Source: Pyrinomonadaceae bacterium
GTDB taxonomy: Bacteria > Acidobacteriota > Blastocatellia > Pyrinomonadales > Pyrinomonadaceae
Assembly (NCBI GenBank): GCA_963763855.1
Contig: CAVXPU010000005.1
Span: forward strand, 2,278,911-2,310,910
Length of the DNA: 32,000 nt
Direction of reading: 5' to 3'
In this document: piece after piece, positions 1-8,052 of the stretch
How positions within the stretch are numbered: the first letter of the stretch is position 1
How the letters are laid out: each line of letters opens with the position of its first letter
The notes under the pieces: generated by a model
The model's input: the letters and a program-made list of their open reading frames with translations, nothing else
Databases searched by the model: none
What the model was told of the DNA's origin: nothing
Translations under genes and position numbers: made by a program

Positions 1-30
1 TCACTCTAAACTTTCACTTTAATATTTCAA

Positions 31-1854
31 ATGCAAGATTTCAAACGTCTCTTAAAATATTTACGCCCACACTGGTTAACATTTGTGTTTGCAATAATCG
101 CAATGATTATCGGTGCGGTGTTTGAAACTGCCACAACTGCCCTCTTGTTGCCGATTTTCAATAAATTTTCACCTGCTGTTCCGACAATTTCGAATGCACC
201 AATTGAAACCTTCAGCATTGAAAATCTCACCCGGCAAATTGAAAGTTTGATTCCAAAAGATGACTGGTTTGCGGCGTGGTTCGTAATTTCTGTTTTATTG
301 GTCTCGTTTACGATTTTTAACGGCATCGCGGACTATTTTTCATCGTATTTGATGGCAAAAATAGGGCAAAGTTCGGTATTAAATCTTCGCCAAGAACTTT
401 ACGGACACTTGCTCAATCAATCCGCTGAATATTTTCAGAAAAATCGCACAAACTATTTAGTTTCAAGACTTGTGAATAGCTGTGCGGCGATTGAATTGGC
501 AGTTTCAGCCAATCTACGCGATGTTTTGCGGGAAAGTTTTTCGCTTATATTTTTTCTTAGTGCGGCATTCTGGTTAAATTGGAGATTGCTTCTCGGTGCA
601 TTGATCATCGCCCCAATAATCGCTTTTTTAACATCCAATTTTTCACGAAAACTTCGCAAACTCTCGCAGGAATCGTTCGAGGGAAACAAGCTTTTAACCG
701 ATACCGCCCAAGAAACGCTCGCAAATTATCCTATCGTAAATGCCTATCGAGCCGAAGACCGTGAGAAATCACGGTTCGAAAAGGTTGCGAAAACAATTGC
801 TCGAGCAAATCTCCGCGGTGGACAAATCGCGGCAATTTCACCCCCAACAATCACTCTCATTGGCACGATTGGCATAGTCGCACTGTTGTTTTTCGGCTAT
901 CGCGAAACGAATAATGGAACAATGGTCGCGGGAGAATTCTTTACATTTTTGGTGTTCTTACTGCGAAGTTACGATCCAATGCGGAAGATTTCGCGTCAGC
1001 ATAATGAACTAAATAAGGCTTTTGCGGCTGCTCGCGACGTATGGAATGTTTTGGACGAAAACGAAAAAATGCCGGAAAAAGCTAATGCATTTGATCTCAA
1101 ACCTTTGTCCGATAAAATCGAACTGAAAAATGTTTCATTCAATTATTCAAACGATGAGAAGCCAATTTTGCAAGGCGTTTCACTAGAAATTCCAAAAGGT
1201 ACGACGGTCGCTCTAGTGGGCGAAAGCGGCGGCGGCAAATCATCGCTAATTAAGCTTATTCAAAGGCTTTACGATCCTACAAGCGGGGAAATTTTATGGG
1301 ACGGAAATGATCTTCGAGATGCAAAGATTAGTAGTTTGAAAAAGCAGCTTGCACTCGTTACACAAGAGACAGTTCTCTTTAACGATACTATTCGTTACAA
1401 CGTTTCTTATGGCAAACCGAATGCTACCGATGCTGAAATTATCGAAGCGGCGAAGGTCGCTTTCGCACATGATTTCATACGGGAATTGCCAAATGGCTAC
1501 GAAACAATGGTCGGCGAACGAGGGATTTTTCTTTCGGGCGGACAGCGGCAAAGAATCGCGATCGCTCGTGCAGTTTTAACTGACGCACCTGTTTTGATAT
1601 TAGACGAAGCCACCTCAGCTCTTGATGCCGAATCAGAGCGATTGGTACAAAAAGCGTTGGCGAATCTAATGCAAAATCGCACTTCCATCGTTATCGCTCA
1701 TCGCCTTTCAACGATTCGCAAAGCAACAAAAATCGTTGTCATGGAACGCGGGAAAATAATCCAAAGCGGAACTCACGCGGAGCTTTTGGAAAAAGGCGGA
1801 AAATACAAAAAACTTTACGAACTGCAATTTGCTGAAGAAGAAGATAAAATATAA
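31..1854 (+). CDS. ABC transporter, fused permease/ATPase (MsbA / lipid exporter-like type I exporter)
   Basis: 607-aa ORF. Hydrophobic N-terminal half. C-terminal NBD has Walker A GESGGGKSS, ABC signature LSGGQRQRIAIARA and Walker B ILILDEATSALD. Confidence 0.9.
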   Translation: MQDFKRLLKYLRPHWLTFVFAIIAMIIGAVFETATTALLLPIFNKFSPAVPTISNAPIETFSIENLTRQIESLIPKDDWFAAWFVISVLLVSFTIFNGIADYFSSYLMAKIGQSSVLNLRQELYGHLLNQSAEYFQKNRTNYLVSRLVNSCAAIELAVSANLRDVLRESFSLIFFLSAAFWLNWRLLLGALIIAPIIAFLTSNFSRKLRKLSQESFEGNKLLTDTAQETLANYPIVNAYRAEDREKSRFEKVAKTIARANLRGGQIAAISPPTITLIGTIGIVALLFFGYRETNNGTMVAGEFFTFLVFLLRSYDPMRKISRQHNELNKAFAAARDVWNVLDENEKMPEKANAFDLKPLSDKIELKNVSFNYSNDEKPILQGVSLEIPKGTTVALVGESGGGKSSLIKLIQRLYDPTSGEILWDGNDLRDAKISSLKKQLALVTQETVLFNDTIRYNVSYGKPNATDAEIIEAAKVAFAHDFIRELPNGYETMVGERGIFLSGGQRQRIAIARAVLTDAPVLILDEATSALDAESERLVQKALANLMQNRTSIVIAHRLSTIRKATKIVVMERGKIIQSGTHAELLEKGGKYKKLYELQFAEEEDKI

Positions 1855-1856
1855 TT

Positions 1857-2735
1857 ATGAAATCAATGACAGGTTTTGGTCGCGGCGTAATAATCGAAAA
1901 TAATTTCTCGGTAACTGTTGAATTAAAAACAGTTAACAATCGCTTTTTGGATATTGCATTGCGTGTTTCGGGAGAATTGCAATCGCTTGAATCTACTATA
2001 AAGCGACAAATCTCTAACCGCTTATCACGCGGAAGAGTTGATGTTTTTCTCAATTATGAAAGAACTTCGGCAGTAAATTATGAGCTCAACCGTCCGCTGA
2101 TTTCCGGCTATTTATCAGCATTGAAACAAATGCAGAATGAATTTAATTTATCAGGCGAACCGGACGTAAATGTCATCGCCCGTCTGCCAAACGTTTTGCA
2201 ATCCAGTAAAGACGACATCAGCGATGAATTTGTAATTGGTGTTGAAAATGCGGTTAATTTAGCGTTGGACGACCTTGAAAAAATGCGTGAAAACGAAGGT
2301 TTAATGCTCAAAAATGAACTTGATTTTAGGCTGAACGAAATCGAGAATCGTCTGCCAAGTGTTGAGAAAGAAGCAGATAGCGTTGCAGATGAATATCGCC
2401 AGCGTCTGACAAAACGTATTAGTGAGCTTTTGGCGAAAAGCGATTCGCAAATTGAAATTGATCAAACCCGTTTGGCTCAGGAAGTCGCTTTTTTATCGGA
2501 TCGATGCGATATCTCCGAAGAAATTCAACGTCTCAGAAGTCATCTTGAGCAGTTTCGGCAGATTTCGATTGAAGAAAAAGAAGTTGGAAAGCGGCTTGAT
2601 TTTTTAACGCAGGAATTTAATCGCGAAGCAAATACGATTGCTTCCAAAACGAATAATTTAACCATCAAAGAAAACGCTCTGGCAATGAAAAGTGAAATTG
2701 AGAAGATTCGGGAGCAGGTTCAAAACGTTGAATAA
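1857..2735 (+). CDS. yicC: YicC-family stress-induced protein
   Basis: 292 aa. N-terminus MKSMTGFGRG and C-terminal RLDFLTQEFNREANTIASK are typical of YicC/DUF1732. The ATG lies 2 nt after the upstream stop. Confidence 0.85.
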   Translation: MKSMTGFGRGVIIENNFSVTVELKTVNNRFLDIALRVSGELQSLESTIKRQISNRLSRGRVDVFLNYERTSAVNYELNRPLISGYLSALKQMQNEFNLSGEPDVNVIARLPNVLQSSKDDISDEFVIGVENAVNLALDDLEKMRENEGLMLKNELDFRLNEIENRLPSVEKEADSVADEYRQRLTKRISELLAKSDSQIEIDQTRLAQEVAFLSDRCDISEEIQRLRSHLEQFRQISIEEKEVGKRLDFLTQEFNREANTIASKTNNLTIKENALAMKSEIEKIREQVQNVE

Positions 2736-2738
2736 TTG

Positions 2739-3188
2739 ATGAAACTTTCCAAAAAGACTCAAGCTGAATTGCAGACTTTTTTTCGTCATTATTTCAAGGA
2801 TGAAACCCTAAAGCTGCCGAAAGTTGAAGTTTATGCAAGACGTGGTTCCAATTTACTTACCCGCCTGATTGGGGTTGACGGCATCACAATTGGTCGGCAT
2901 ATTTTTGTTCGCAGTAGACGAACAAACCACGACAAAGAAAATAATCTCACGATCAGCAAAAATCTTTTAGCACATGAACTTGCTCACGTTTTGCAATATC
3001 AAAAACTAGGCTTTTTTGTCTTTTTATTTGATTATTTGAGAGAGTATTTAGCAGGATTGAAACGAAAGAAAAAGTTGAATGCAACTGCCAGAATGCATTC
3101 ATATTTCGAAATTTCACACGAAGTGGAAGCCCGAGATGCGGCAAATAAATTTGAGGAATGGGTGACGCGTAAAAGTTTACAAGCTTAG
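2739..3188 (+). CDS. Small DUF4157-like protein (putative HExxH metallopeptidase-like domain)
   Basis: GITIGRHIFV...LLAHELAHVLQYQ matches my recollection of the DUF4157 core (xTxGxxIxF...LLAHELxHVxQ). The track ORF starts at TTG 2736, directly after the yicC TAA (2733-2735). The ATG at 2739 is the more likely start. Confidence 0.7.
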   Translation: MKLSKKTQAELQTFFRHYFKDETLKLPKVEVYARRGSNLLTRLIGVDGITIGRHIFVRSRRTNHDKENNLTISKNLLAHELAHVLQYQKLGFFVFLFDYLREYLAGLKRKKKLNATARMHSYFEISHEVEARDAANKFEEWVTRKSLQA

Positions 3189-3223
3189 AAGTTGGCGATT
3201 AATAAACGTAACAACTTCTAAGC
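3183..3223. terminator. Bidirectional hairpin between convergent genes
   Basis: Perfect 12-bp inverted repeat: GCTTAGAAGTTG (3183-3194) and CAACTTCTAAGC (3212-3223), with a 17-nt loop. It overlaps the TAG stop of the DUF4157 ORF and lies 16 nt beyond the rpoZ stop. Confidence 0.6.
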
Positions 3224-3238
3224 CTAAAATCTTAAAAC

Positions 3239-3493
3239 CTACTCTTGCTCCAAAATCTTGAAGTGAATCTTTTTCTCATCCAATTCTTTCATTGCGATTC
3301 GCGTCGGTTTATTCTTTCGAATATCAACACTAACACGCGGCGTTGCACCACGTTGAAGCTGCTTGCTTCTTTGTGCAGCTAGCAAAATTCTTCTGTATTT
3401 TGAATCAATCTCAGGAATTTCTTCGACTTCCTCAATCAATTCCGCATCTTCAATATTTTCTTCTAATTCGTTGTTCTCTAGATTATTATCCAT
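3239..3493 (-). CDS. rpoZ: DNA-directed RNA polymerase subunit omega
   Basis: 84 aa. The core KYRRILLAAQRSKQLQRGA is typical of RpoZ, preceded by an acidic N-terminal extension. It sits 9 nt downstream of gmk, a conserved gmk-rpoZ pairing. Confidence 0.85.
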   Translation of the reverse strand: MDNNLENNELEENIEDAELIEEVEEIPEIDSKYRRILLAAQRSKQLQRGATPRVSVDIRKNKPTRIAMKELDEKKIHFKILEQE

Positions 3494-3502
3494 AAAAATT
3501 GT

Positions 3503-4138
3503 TCAATCTCCGATTGAATTGGTCTTAAAATTGTTAAATGTGTCCAAAATTTTCTCAACGGCTTCGGTTTTCCTTAGTCGCCCGCATCTTTCGCCGTAAA
3601 TCACAGATTGCAAATCAAGTGTCGCCTTCGCAACCTCGTCGTTTACAACCACATAATCAAATTTCGTGTACTGCTTTACTTCATCTCTTGCATTTTGCAA
3701 ACGAACTGCCAGTTCTTCATCACTTTCCGTCTGCCGGGCAATCAAACGCTCGCGTAAAACTTCGTAAGATGGCGGCAAAATAAATATTCCAACCGCATCC
3801 GGCACCGTTTTTCGAATCGAATCAGCACCTTGAACGTCGATTTCCAAAATAATATCGCGTCCGATAGAAAGTTCCTGTTCTACCTGCTTCTTGGAAGTTC
3901 CGTAATAATTACCGTGAACCTCTGCAAATTCAAGGAATTCACCCTGTTTGATCAAATTTTCAAATTCTTCACGAGACACAAAATTGTAATGCTTGCCATC
4001 TTCTTCACCCTCACGTATTTTACGAGTTGTGAACGAAACAGAATAGCCGATTTGTGGCACAGTTCGCAAGACCTCACGAATCAATGTCCCTTTTCCACCA
4101 CCAGATGGAGAACTAATTATAAATAAAATGCCTCTCAT
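3503..4138 (-). CDS. gmk: Guanylate kinase
   Basis: P-loop SSPSGGGKGTL, plus SVSFTTRKIREGEEDGKHYNFVSREEF and EFAEVHGNYYGT. I place the start at MRGILFII (ATG at 4138). The track's 26-aa upstream extension is read through a repeat hairpin. Confidence 0.9.
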   Translation of the reverse strand: MRGILFIISSPSGGGKGTLIREVLRTVPQIGYSVSFTTRKIREGEEDGKHYNFVSREEFENLIKQGEFLEFAEVHGNYYGTSKKQVEQELSIGRDIILEIDVQGADSIRKTVPDAVGIFILPPSYEVLRERLIARQTESDEELAVRLQNARDEVKQYTKFDYVVVNDEVAKATLDLQSVIYGERCGRLRKTEAVEKILDTFNNFKTNSIGD

Positions 4139-4145
4139 TTGATCT

Positions 4146-4216
4146 GGGATTTTGGAATTGGGATTTTGGATTGCGAAAATAAATCCGCATTCCGCATCCC
4201 CAAATCCGCAATCCAA
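4146..4216 (-). repeat. Intercistronic hairpin with 7/14-nt periodic arms (ETF-QO stop to gmk start)
   Basis: Left arm GGGATTT TGGAATT GGGATTT TGGATTG. Right arm AAATCCG CATTCCG CATCCCC AAATCCG CAATCCA. TTGGATTGCG (4166-4175) pairs perfectly with CGCAATCCAA (4207-4216). Confidence 0.6.
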
Positions 4217-5920
4217 TCACATTCCCTTGTAATTTGGTCCACCGCCGCCTTCGGGTGTTACCCAATTGATTATTTGATACGGATCGGCAACGTCGCAAGT
4301 CTTGCAATGAACACAGTTAGAGAAATTAACCTTAATTTCTCTCCTACCCGTTTTCGCACTTTCTTCCATCTCATAAACTGAAGCAGGACAAAATCTCTGG
4401 CACGGATTTCCGTATTCTTCCGCACACCGCGTAGCACAAATATCAGTATCAGCGATATGCAAATGCGACGGTTGATCCTCATCATGAGCGACAGTTGCGT
4501 AAAAAACATCGGTTGGTTTATCGAATGTTAAGGTGCCGTCAAATTTCAGTTTTTCGTACCTGTCGGCATTTTTATCTCCGTAATCTTCGAGCGTTTGCAT
4601 CCGCTCGTGTCCGGCAATATGATCTTCCTTATCAATAAAACCCCAAGCCTTTCCGCCCGTCAAGAATTGAAGTCCGCCATTAACCAACGCTGACCAGCGT
4701 CCTTTTTGAAATGCTCCGTGAAAATTTCTAACCGGATGAAGCTCGTCATAAAGCCAACTTTCATTAACATAAGTTTCGTAATGCTTGAGCGAATGTGCCG
4801 AAAAATCGTCATGTGCAAAGGCGTAAACGATAGCTTCCGCTGCGAGCATTCCGGATTTCATCCCAGTGTGGATTCCCTTAATTTTCTGTCCATTCAAAAA
4901 AGCACCGCTATCGCCTACGATCAAAACACCATCCGAATAAAGTTGCGGCATTGTGTGCCAGCCGCCCGCGTTAATCGTTTTCGCACCGTATTTGATCATC
5001 TTTCCGCCTTGCAGCAGTTTGGCGATTTCGGGATGCGTCTTAAATTTCTGGAATTCCGCGTGTGGATCGATATTCGGATCAAGATAATCTAGCCCAGTTA
5101 CGTAACCAATGCTGATCACATTATTCTTTAGACCATAAATCCAACCGCCGCCATAAGTCTTTGTGTCAGAGGGAAATCCGAGCGTGTGAACGACTAATCC
5201 TTCGTCAAAATTTCCAGCCGGGACTTCCCAAAGTTCCTTGATTCCCAAGCTAAAAACCTGCGGCTCTTTACCTTTGTCGAGTCCTAAACGAGTAACCAAT
5301 TGCTTCGCGAGCGATCCACGCGAGCCTTCTCCGAGTACTGTGACTTTTGCCAAAAGATCAACTCCCGGTTCGAAATTCCCTTTCGGTTTCCCTTCTTTAT
5401 CAATGCCTTTATCACCTGTTCGGATTCCAATAACGTGATCGTTTTCATCATATAAAATCTCGGAAGCGGGAAATTCAGGGAAAATATTGATCCCTTCCGC
5501 TTCGCATCTTTCCGCTAACCATTCACAAATCTTGCTTAATGAAACAATATATTTACCTTTATTCTTAAGTGGCGGAGGAACGATCGGAGGACTTATTTTA
5601 CCTTTTTTGGTCAAATACCAAGCTGCATCGGCAGTAACCTGAGCATCAAGCGGACATCCTTGCTCAATAAAATCCGGTATCAATTCCGCCAGAGCCTTCG
5701 TATCCATCACCGCACCTGACAAAATATGAGCTCCAACAGCAGAACCTTTTTCAACGATCGCTATTTCCAGTTCGCCAATTTTTTTGCCGCTGCCCAAGCC
5801 TTTATCAATTTCAGCATTATGCTCTTTAATGTGTTTTTTAAGATGCAAAGCCGCTGCCAAATTCGCCGGTCCGGCTCCTACAAAAACCACATCCATCGGT
5901 AATTGTTCACGTTCAATCAT
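4217..5920 (-). CDS. Electron transfer flavoprotein-ubiquinone oxidoreductase (ETF-QO)
   Basis: 567 aa. N-terminal FAD motif VVFVGAGPANLAAA. C-terminal ferredoxin-like cysteines CxRFCPASVYE...NCVHCKTCD. Length and layout fit ETF dehydrogenase. Confidence 0.9.
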   Translation of the reverse strand: MIEREQLPMDVVFVGAGPANLAAALHLKKHIKEHNAEIDKGLGSGKKIGELEIAIVEKGSAVGAHILSGAVMDTKALAELIPDFIEQGCPLDAQVTADAAWYLTKKGKISPPIVPPPLKNKGKYIVSLSKICEWLAERCEAEGINIFPEFPASEILYDENDHVIGIRTGDKGIDKEGKPKGNFEPGVDLLAKVTVLGEGSRGSLAKQLVTRLGLDKGKEPQVFSLGIKELWEVPAGNFDEGLVVHTLGFPSDTKTYGGGWIYGLKNNVISIGYVTGLDYLDPNIDPHAEFQKFKTHPEIAKLLQGGKMIKYGAKTINAGGWHTMPQLYSDGVLIVGDSGAFLNGQKIKGIHTGMKSGMLAAEAIVYAFAHDDFSAHSLKHYETYVNESWLYDELHPVRNFHGAFQKGRWSALVNGGLQFLTGGKAWGFIDKEDHIAGHERMQTLEDYGDKNADRYEKLKFDGTLTFDKPTDVFYATVAHDEDQPSHLHIADTDICATRCAEEYGNPCQRFCPASVYEMEESAKTGRREIKVNFSNCVHCKTCDVADPYQIINWVTPEGGGGPNYKGM

Positions 5921-5936
5921 TGTGTTCCCTCAAAAA

Positions 5937-5950
5937 TGAATGGTCATTCA
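5937..5950 (-). promoter_or_regulatory. Palindrome TGAATG-GT-CATTCA upstream of ETF-QO (candidate operator)
   Basis: 6-bp arms, 17-30 nt upstream of the ETF-QO ATG and just downstream of a TATATT -10-like box on the minus strand (5960-5965). Its half-sites match the etfBA palindrome at 17206-17223. Confidence 0.4.
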
Positions 5951-5985
5951 GTCAACAAAAATATAGCAGAATGAGCAAATTAACT

Positions 5986-7137
5986 CTAGTCTAAACTAAA
6001 GACGGAAGCTTTTTTAATCTGGATTTCGTCAAATTCATTAAATTTTACAACCAGTCTTTTCGATTTATCAATCCACGTTTTCTCAATCGTTAGATAAGTT
6101 ACCTTCGAAATGCCCAAAACCAACAAAACCAGCCCGAAATTTATGAAATACGAATAATCGGATTGATAAAAATAAATCACCTCGGTTGGTTTAACAAAGA
6201 GATATTGAGCCAAGCTAAATGCAATGTCCAAAACGATCGCGTGGGAAAGATAGATTGAATAAGAGTATTTTCCGGCTTCAGCAAAAGGCTTAAGCTGCAA
6301 AAATTTCCCGAAAATCCCATCGTTCTCCTGACTAAAAGCGAAAACCACAAAAATAAAAACCGGAACAACTGAGAATAGAATTGCTTTATTTGCACCTGAG
6401 TAAGAAACCGTCAAAATTACCAAACCAACAGAAATAATCTCGAGCGTATTTGTTAAGTAACCACTTAGATTTCTGAGTTTGCGGGTTGCCTGAAAAAGAA
6501 AAACACCAGCAAAAAAACCGCCACAACATCTATAAATACCAGTAGTTACCGTAAAATCCATCGTTGTCCAATTTGATCCGTTGAAAACATAGAAATAAGT
6601 CGCAATCGAAATAAAAAAAGCTGCGAAAGCAATGATCCAACGGTTTCTCTTTCCTATCAAAACTGAAAAAGCAAAAAAGAAAAAGTAAGTAAAAAACTCT
6701 ACGCTAATGCTCCAACTTGGATAATTCCAACTCGTATAATTGTGAAAATTTAGCGAATGAACCAATAAAAGATTTGATATAAATGATGCAAACGTATTTT
6801 TTATCAGCGGATTTGTCAGCTCTATTTGATAATTAAAAAGATTCCATTTGATAAAAACATAAATCCCCCAAATCAGCAGAAAAAATAGGTGTAAAGGATA
6901 AATTCTGCCTAGCCTCAACCAAAAATAATCCCGGAATTTAAAGCCCTCCGCGATCTTATCCTGATAAGCACTAGACATCACAAAGCCTGATAAAATAAAG
7001 AAAAAATCGACAAAAAGGTACGAATTTGAAGCGAATTCGTTGATCAGCCCGAGTTTATAAAATGGCGAATGATAGAGTACTACGGCGATTGCCGCGACTC
7101 CGCGTAAAGATTCCAGTTTCGTGAAATATTTTGCCAT
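5986..7137 (-). CDS. Acyltransferase family 3 (OafA-like) integral membrane protein
   Basis: 383 aa and polytopic. N-terminal LESLRGVAAIAVVLYHS is typical of acyltransferase_3. The gene is visibly AT-rich. Confidence 0.8.
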   Translation of the reverse strand: MAKYFTKLESLRGVAAIAVVLYHSPFYKLGLINEFASNSYLFVDFFFILSGFVMSSAYQDKIAEGFKFRDYFWLRLGRIYPLHLFFLLIWGIYVFIKWNLFNYQIELTNPLIKNTFASFISNLLLVHSLNFHNYTSWNYPSWSISVEFFTYFFFFAFSVLIGKRNRWIIAFAAFFISIATYFYVFNGSNWTTMDFTVTTGIYRCCGGFFAGVFLFQATRKLRNLSGYLTNTLEIISVGLVILTVSYSGANKAILFSVVPVFIFVVFAFSQENDGIFGKFLQLKPFAEAGKYSYSIYLSHAIVLDIAFSLAQYLFVKPTEVIYFYQSDYSYFINFGLVLLVLGISKVTYLTIEKTWIDKSKRLVVKFNEFDEIQIKKASVFSLD

Positions 7138-7235
7138 TATTTGGGTTTTGAAAGGTTTTCAGCGTCAATATTCTTGGGGTTTCGACGACTATTCAAGTAT
7201 AGGAGACATATACTTTCTTTTCAACATTATTTAAC

Positions 7236-7263
7236 TTACAAAATCTGCAAAAATCCTTATAAT
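7236..7263 (+). promoter_or_regulatory. Putative sigma-70-type promoter for the lipoprotein pair
   Basis: TTACAA (7236-7241), 16-nt spacer, TATAAT (7258-7263), about 25 nt upstream of the ATG at 7288. Confidence 0.3.
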
Positions 7264-7287
7264 CAATCCGTCTATGAATTCGGATAT

Positions 7288-8052
7288 ATGAAATTAGCTA
7301 AATATCCCATTAAAATATTTCTGATACTTACATTGTTTATGATTGCTGCGTGCGGGAATTATCACCCAGACACGCCAAACGTTATCTTGTGGGCTTGGGA
7401 ACGTCCCGAAAACTTGGAATTCATAGATTCTAAACGGTTTGCTGTTGCATTTCTTGCTCAAACTTTGCAATTAAACGGAGACAAGGTTGAGATTATTCTA
7501 AGAAGACAGCCTTTAAAAGTTACACCTGAAACTAAGTTAATCGCCGTCACACGAATTGAAACGAATAAACGCGATAAAATGGCGGATTTGTCTGACCCTC
7601 AACGCGAAGAAATCTCGCGATTAGTGTTAGAGACTTTGAAACTAAAGAACGTTTCGGCAATTCAGATAGATTTTGACGTAACGGTTTCCGAACGTCAGTT
7701 TTATCGCGAACTATTAAATGATTTGCGTAAGAAATTGCCGGAAAATATCGGTTTGAGCATTACAGCTCTGGCTTCATGGTGTGTTTCGGACAATTGGCTC
7801 AAGGATTTGCCAATTGACGAGGCAGTTCCGATGGCTTTTGACATGGGTGCGGATGATAAAACGATTCGAGATTTCCTTGCTTCGGGTGAAGATTGGAATG
7901 AACCGAAATGCCGACAAAGTTACGGAATTTCGATTAACGAACCATTGAAAATAAACTTCAAACCAAATAGAAAATTTTACTTGTTCACATCCAATCCAAA
8001 GGGTTGGAAAAAATCAGATCTTGAGAATCTCCCTGATGGAGTCAAATTATGA
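7288..8052 (+). CDS. Lipoprotein of unknown function
   Basis: The internal Met gives the signal peptide MKLAKYPIKIFLILTLFMIAAC with lipobox IAAC. The track ORF from 7141 adds 49 non-signal residues and has no ATG. The layout recalls DUF3142, but I cannot verify that. Confidence 0.65.
   Translation: MKLAKYPIKIFLILTLFMIAACGNYHPDTPNVILWAWERPENLEFIDSKRFAVAFLAQTLQLNGDKVEIILRRQPLKVTPETKLIAVTRIETNKRDKMADLSDPQREEISRLVLETLKLKNVSAIQIDFDVTVSERQFYRELLNDLRKKLPENIGLSITALASWCVSDNWLKDLPIDEAVPMAFDMGADDKTIRDFLASGEDWNEPKCRQSYGISINEPLKINFKPNRKFYLFTSNPKGWKKSDLENLPDGVKL

Noticed and set aside
861-875. TGGCAC-containing sigma-54-like string (TGGCACGATTGGCAT) on the plus strand.
   Set aside because: It lies inside the ABC transporter coding region (codes IGTIGIV). 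The -12 GC is mis-spaced relative to TGGCAC-N5-TTGC. Other TGGCAC hits (about 4046, 10126, 12334, 15281, 21169) are likewise intragenic or mis-spaced.
3076-3101. Inverted repeat TGAATGCA-N10-TGCATTCA, resembling the ETF-associated TGAATG palindromes.
   Set aside because: It is located inside the DUF4157 coding sequence, far from any promoter, and has different spacing. It is probably coincidental.
7141-7287. Upstream extension of the lipoprotein ORF (track start 7141, non-ATG), and similar extensions of gmk (4139-4216) and rpmF (21243-21293).
   Set aside because: The extensions lack homology-expected sequence. They run through promoter or repeat DNA, and the internal Met codons give canonical N-termini: a signal peptide, the gmk P-loop context, and MPNPKRRHS of L32.
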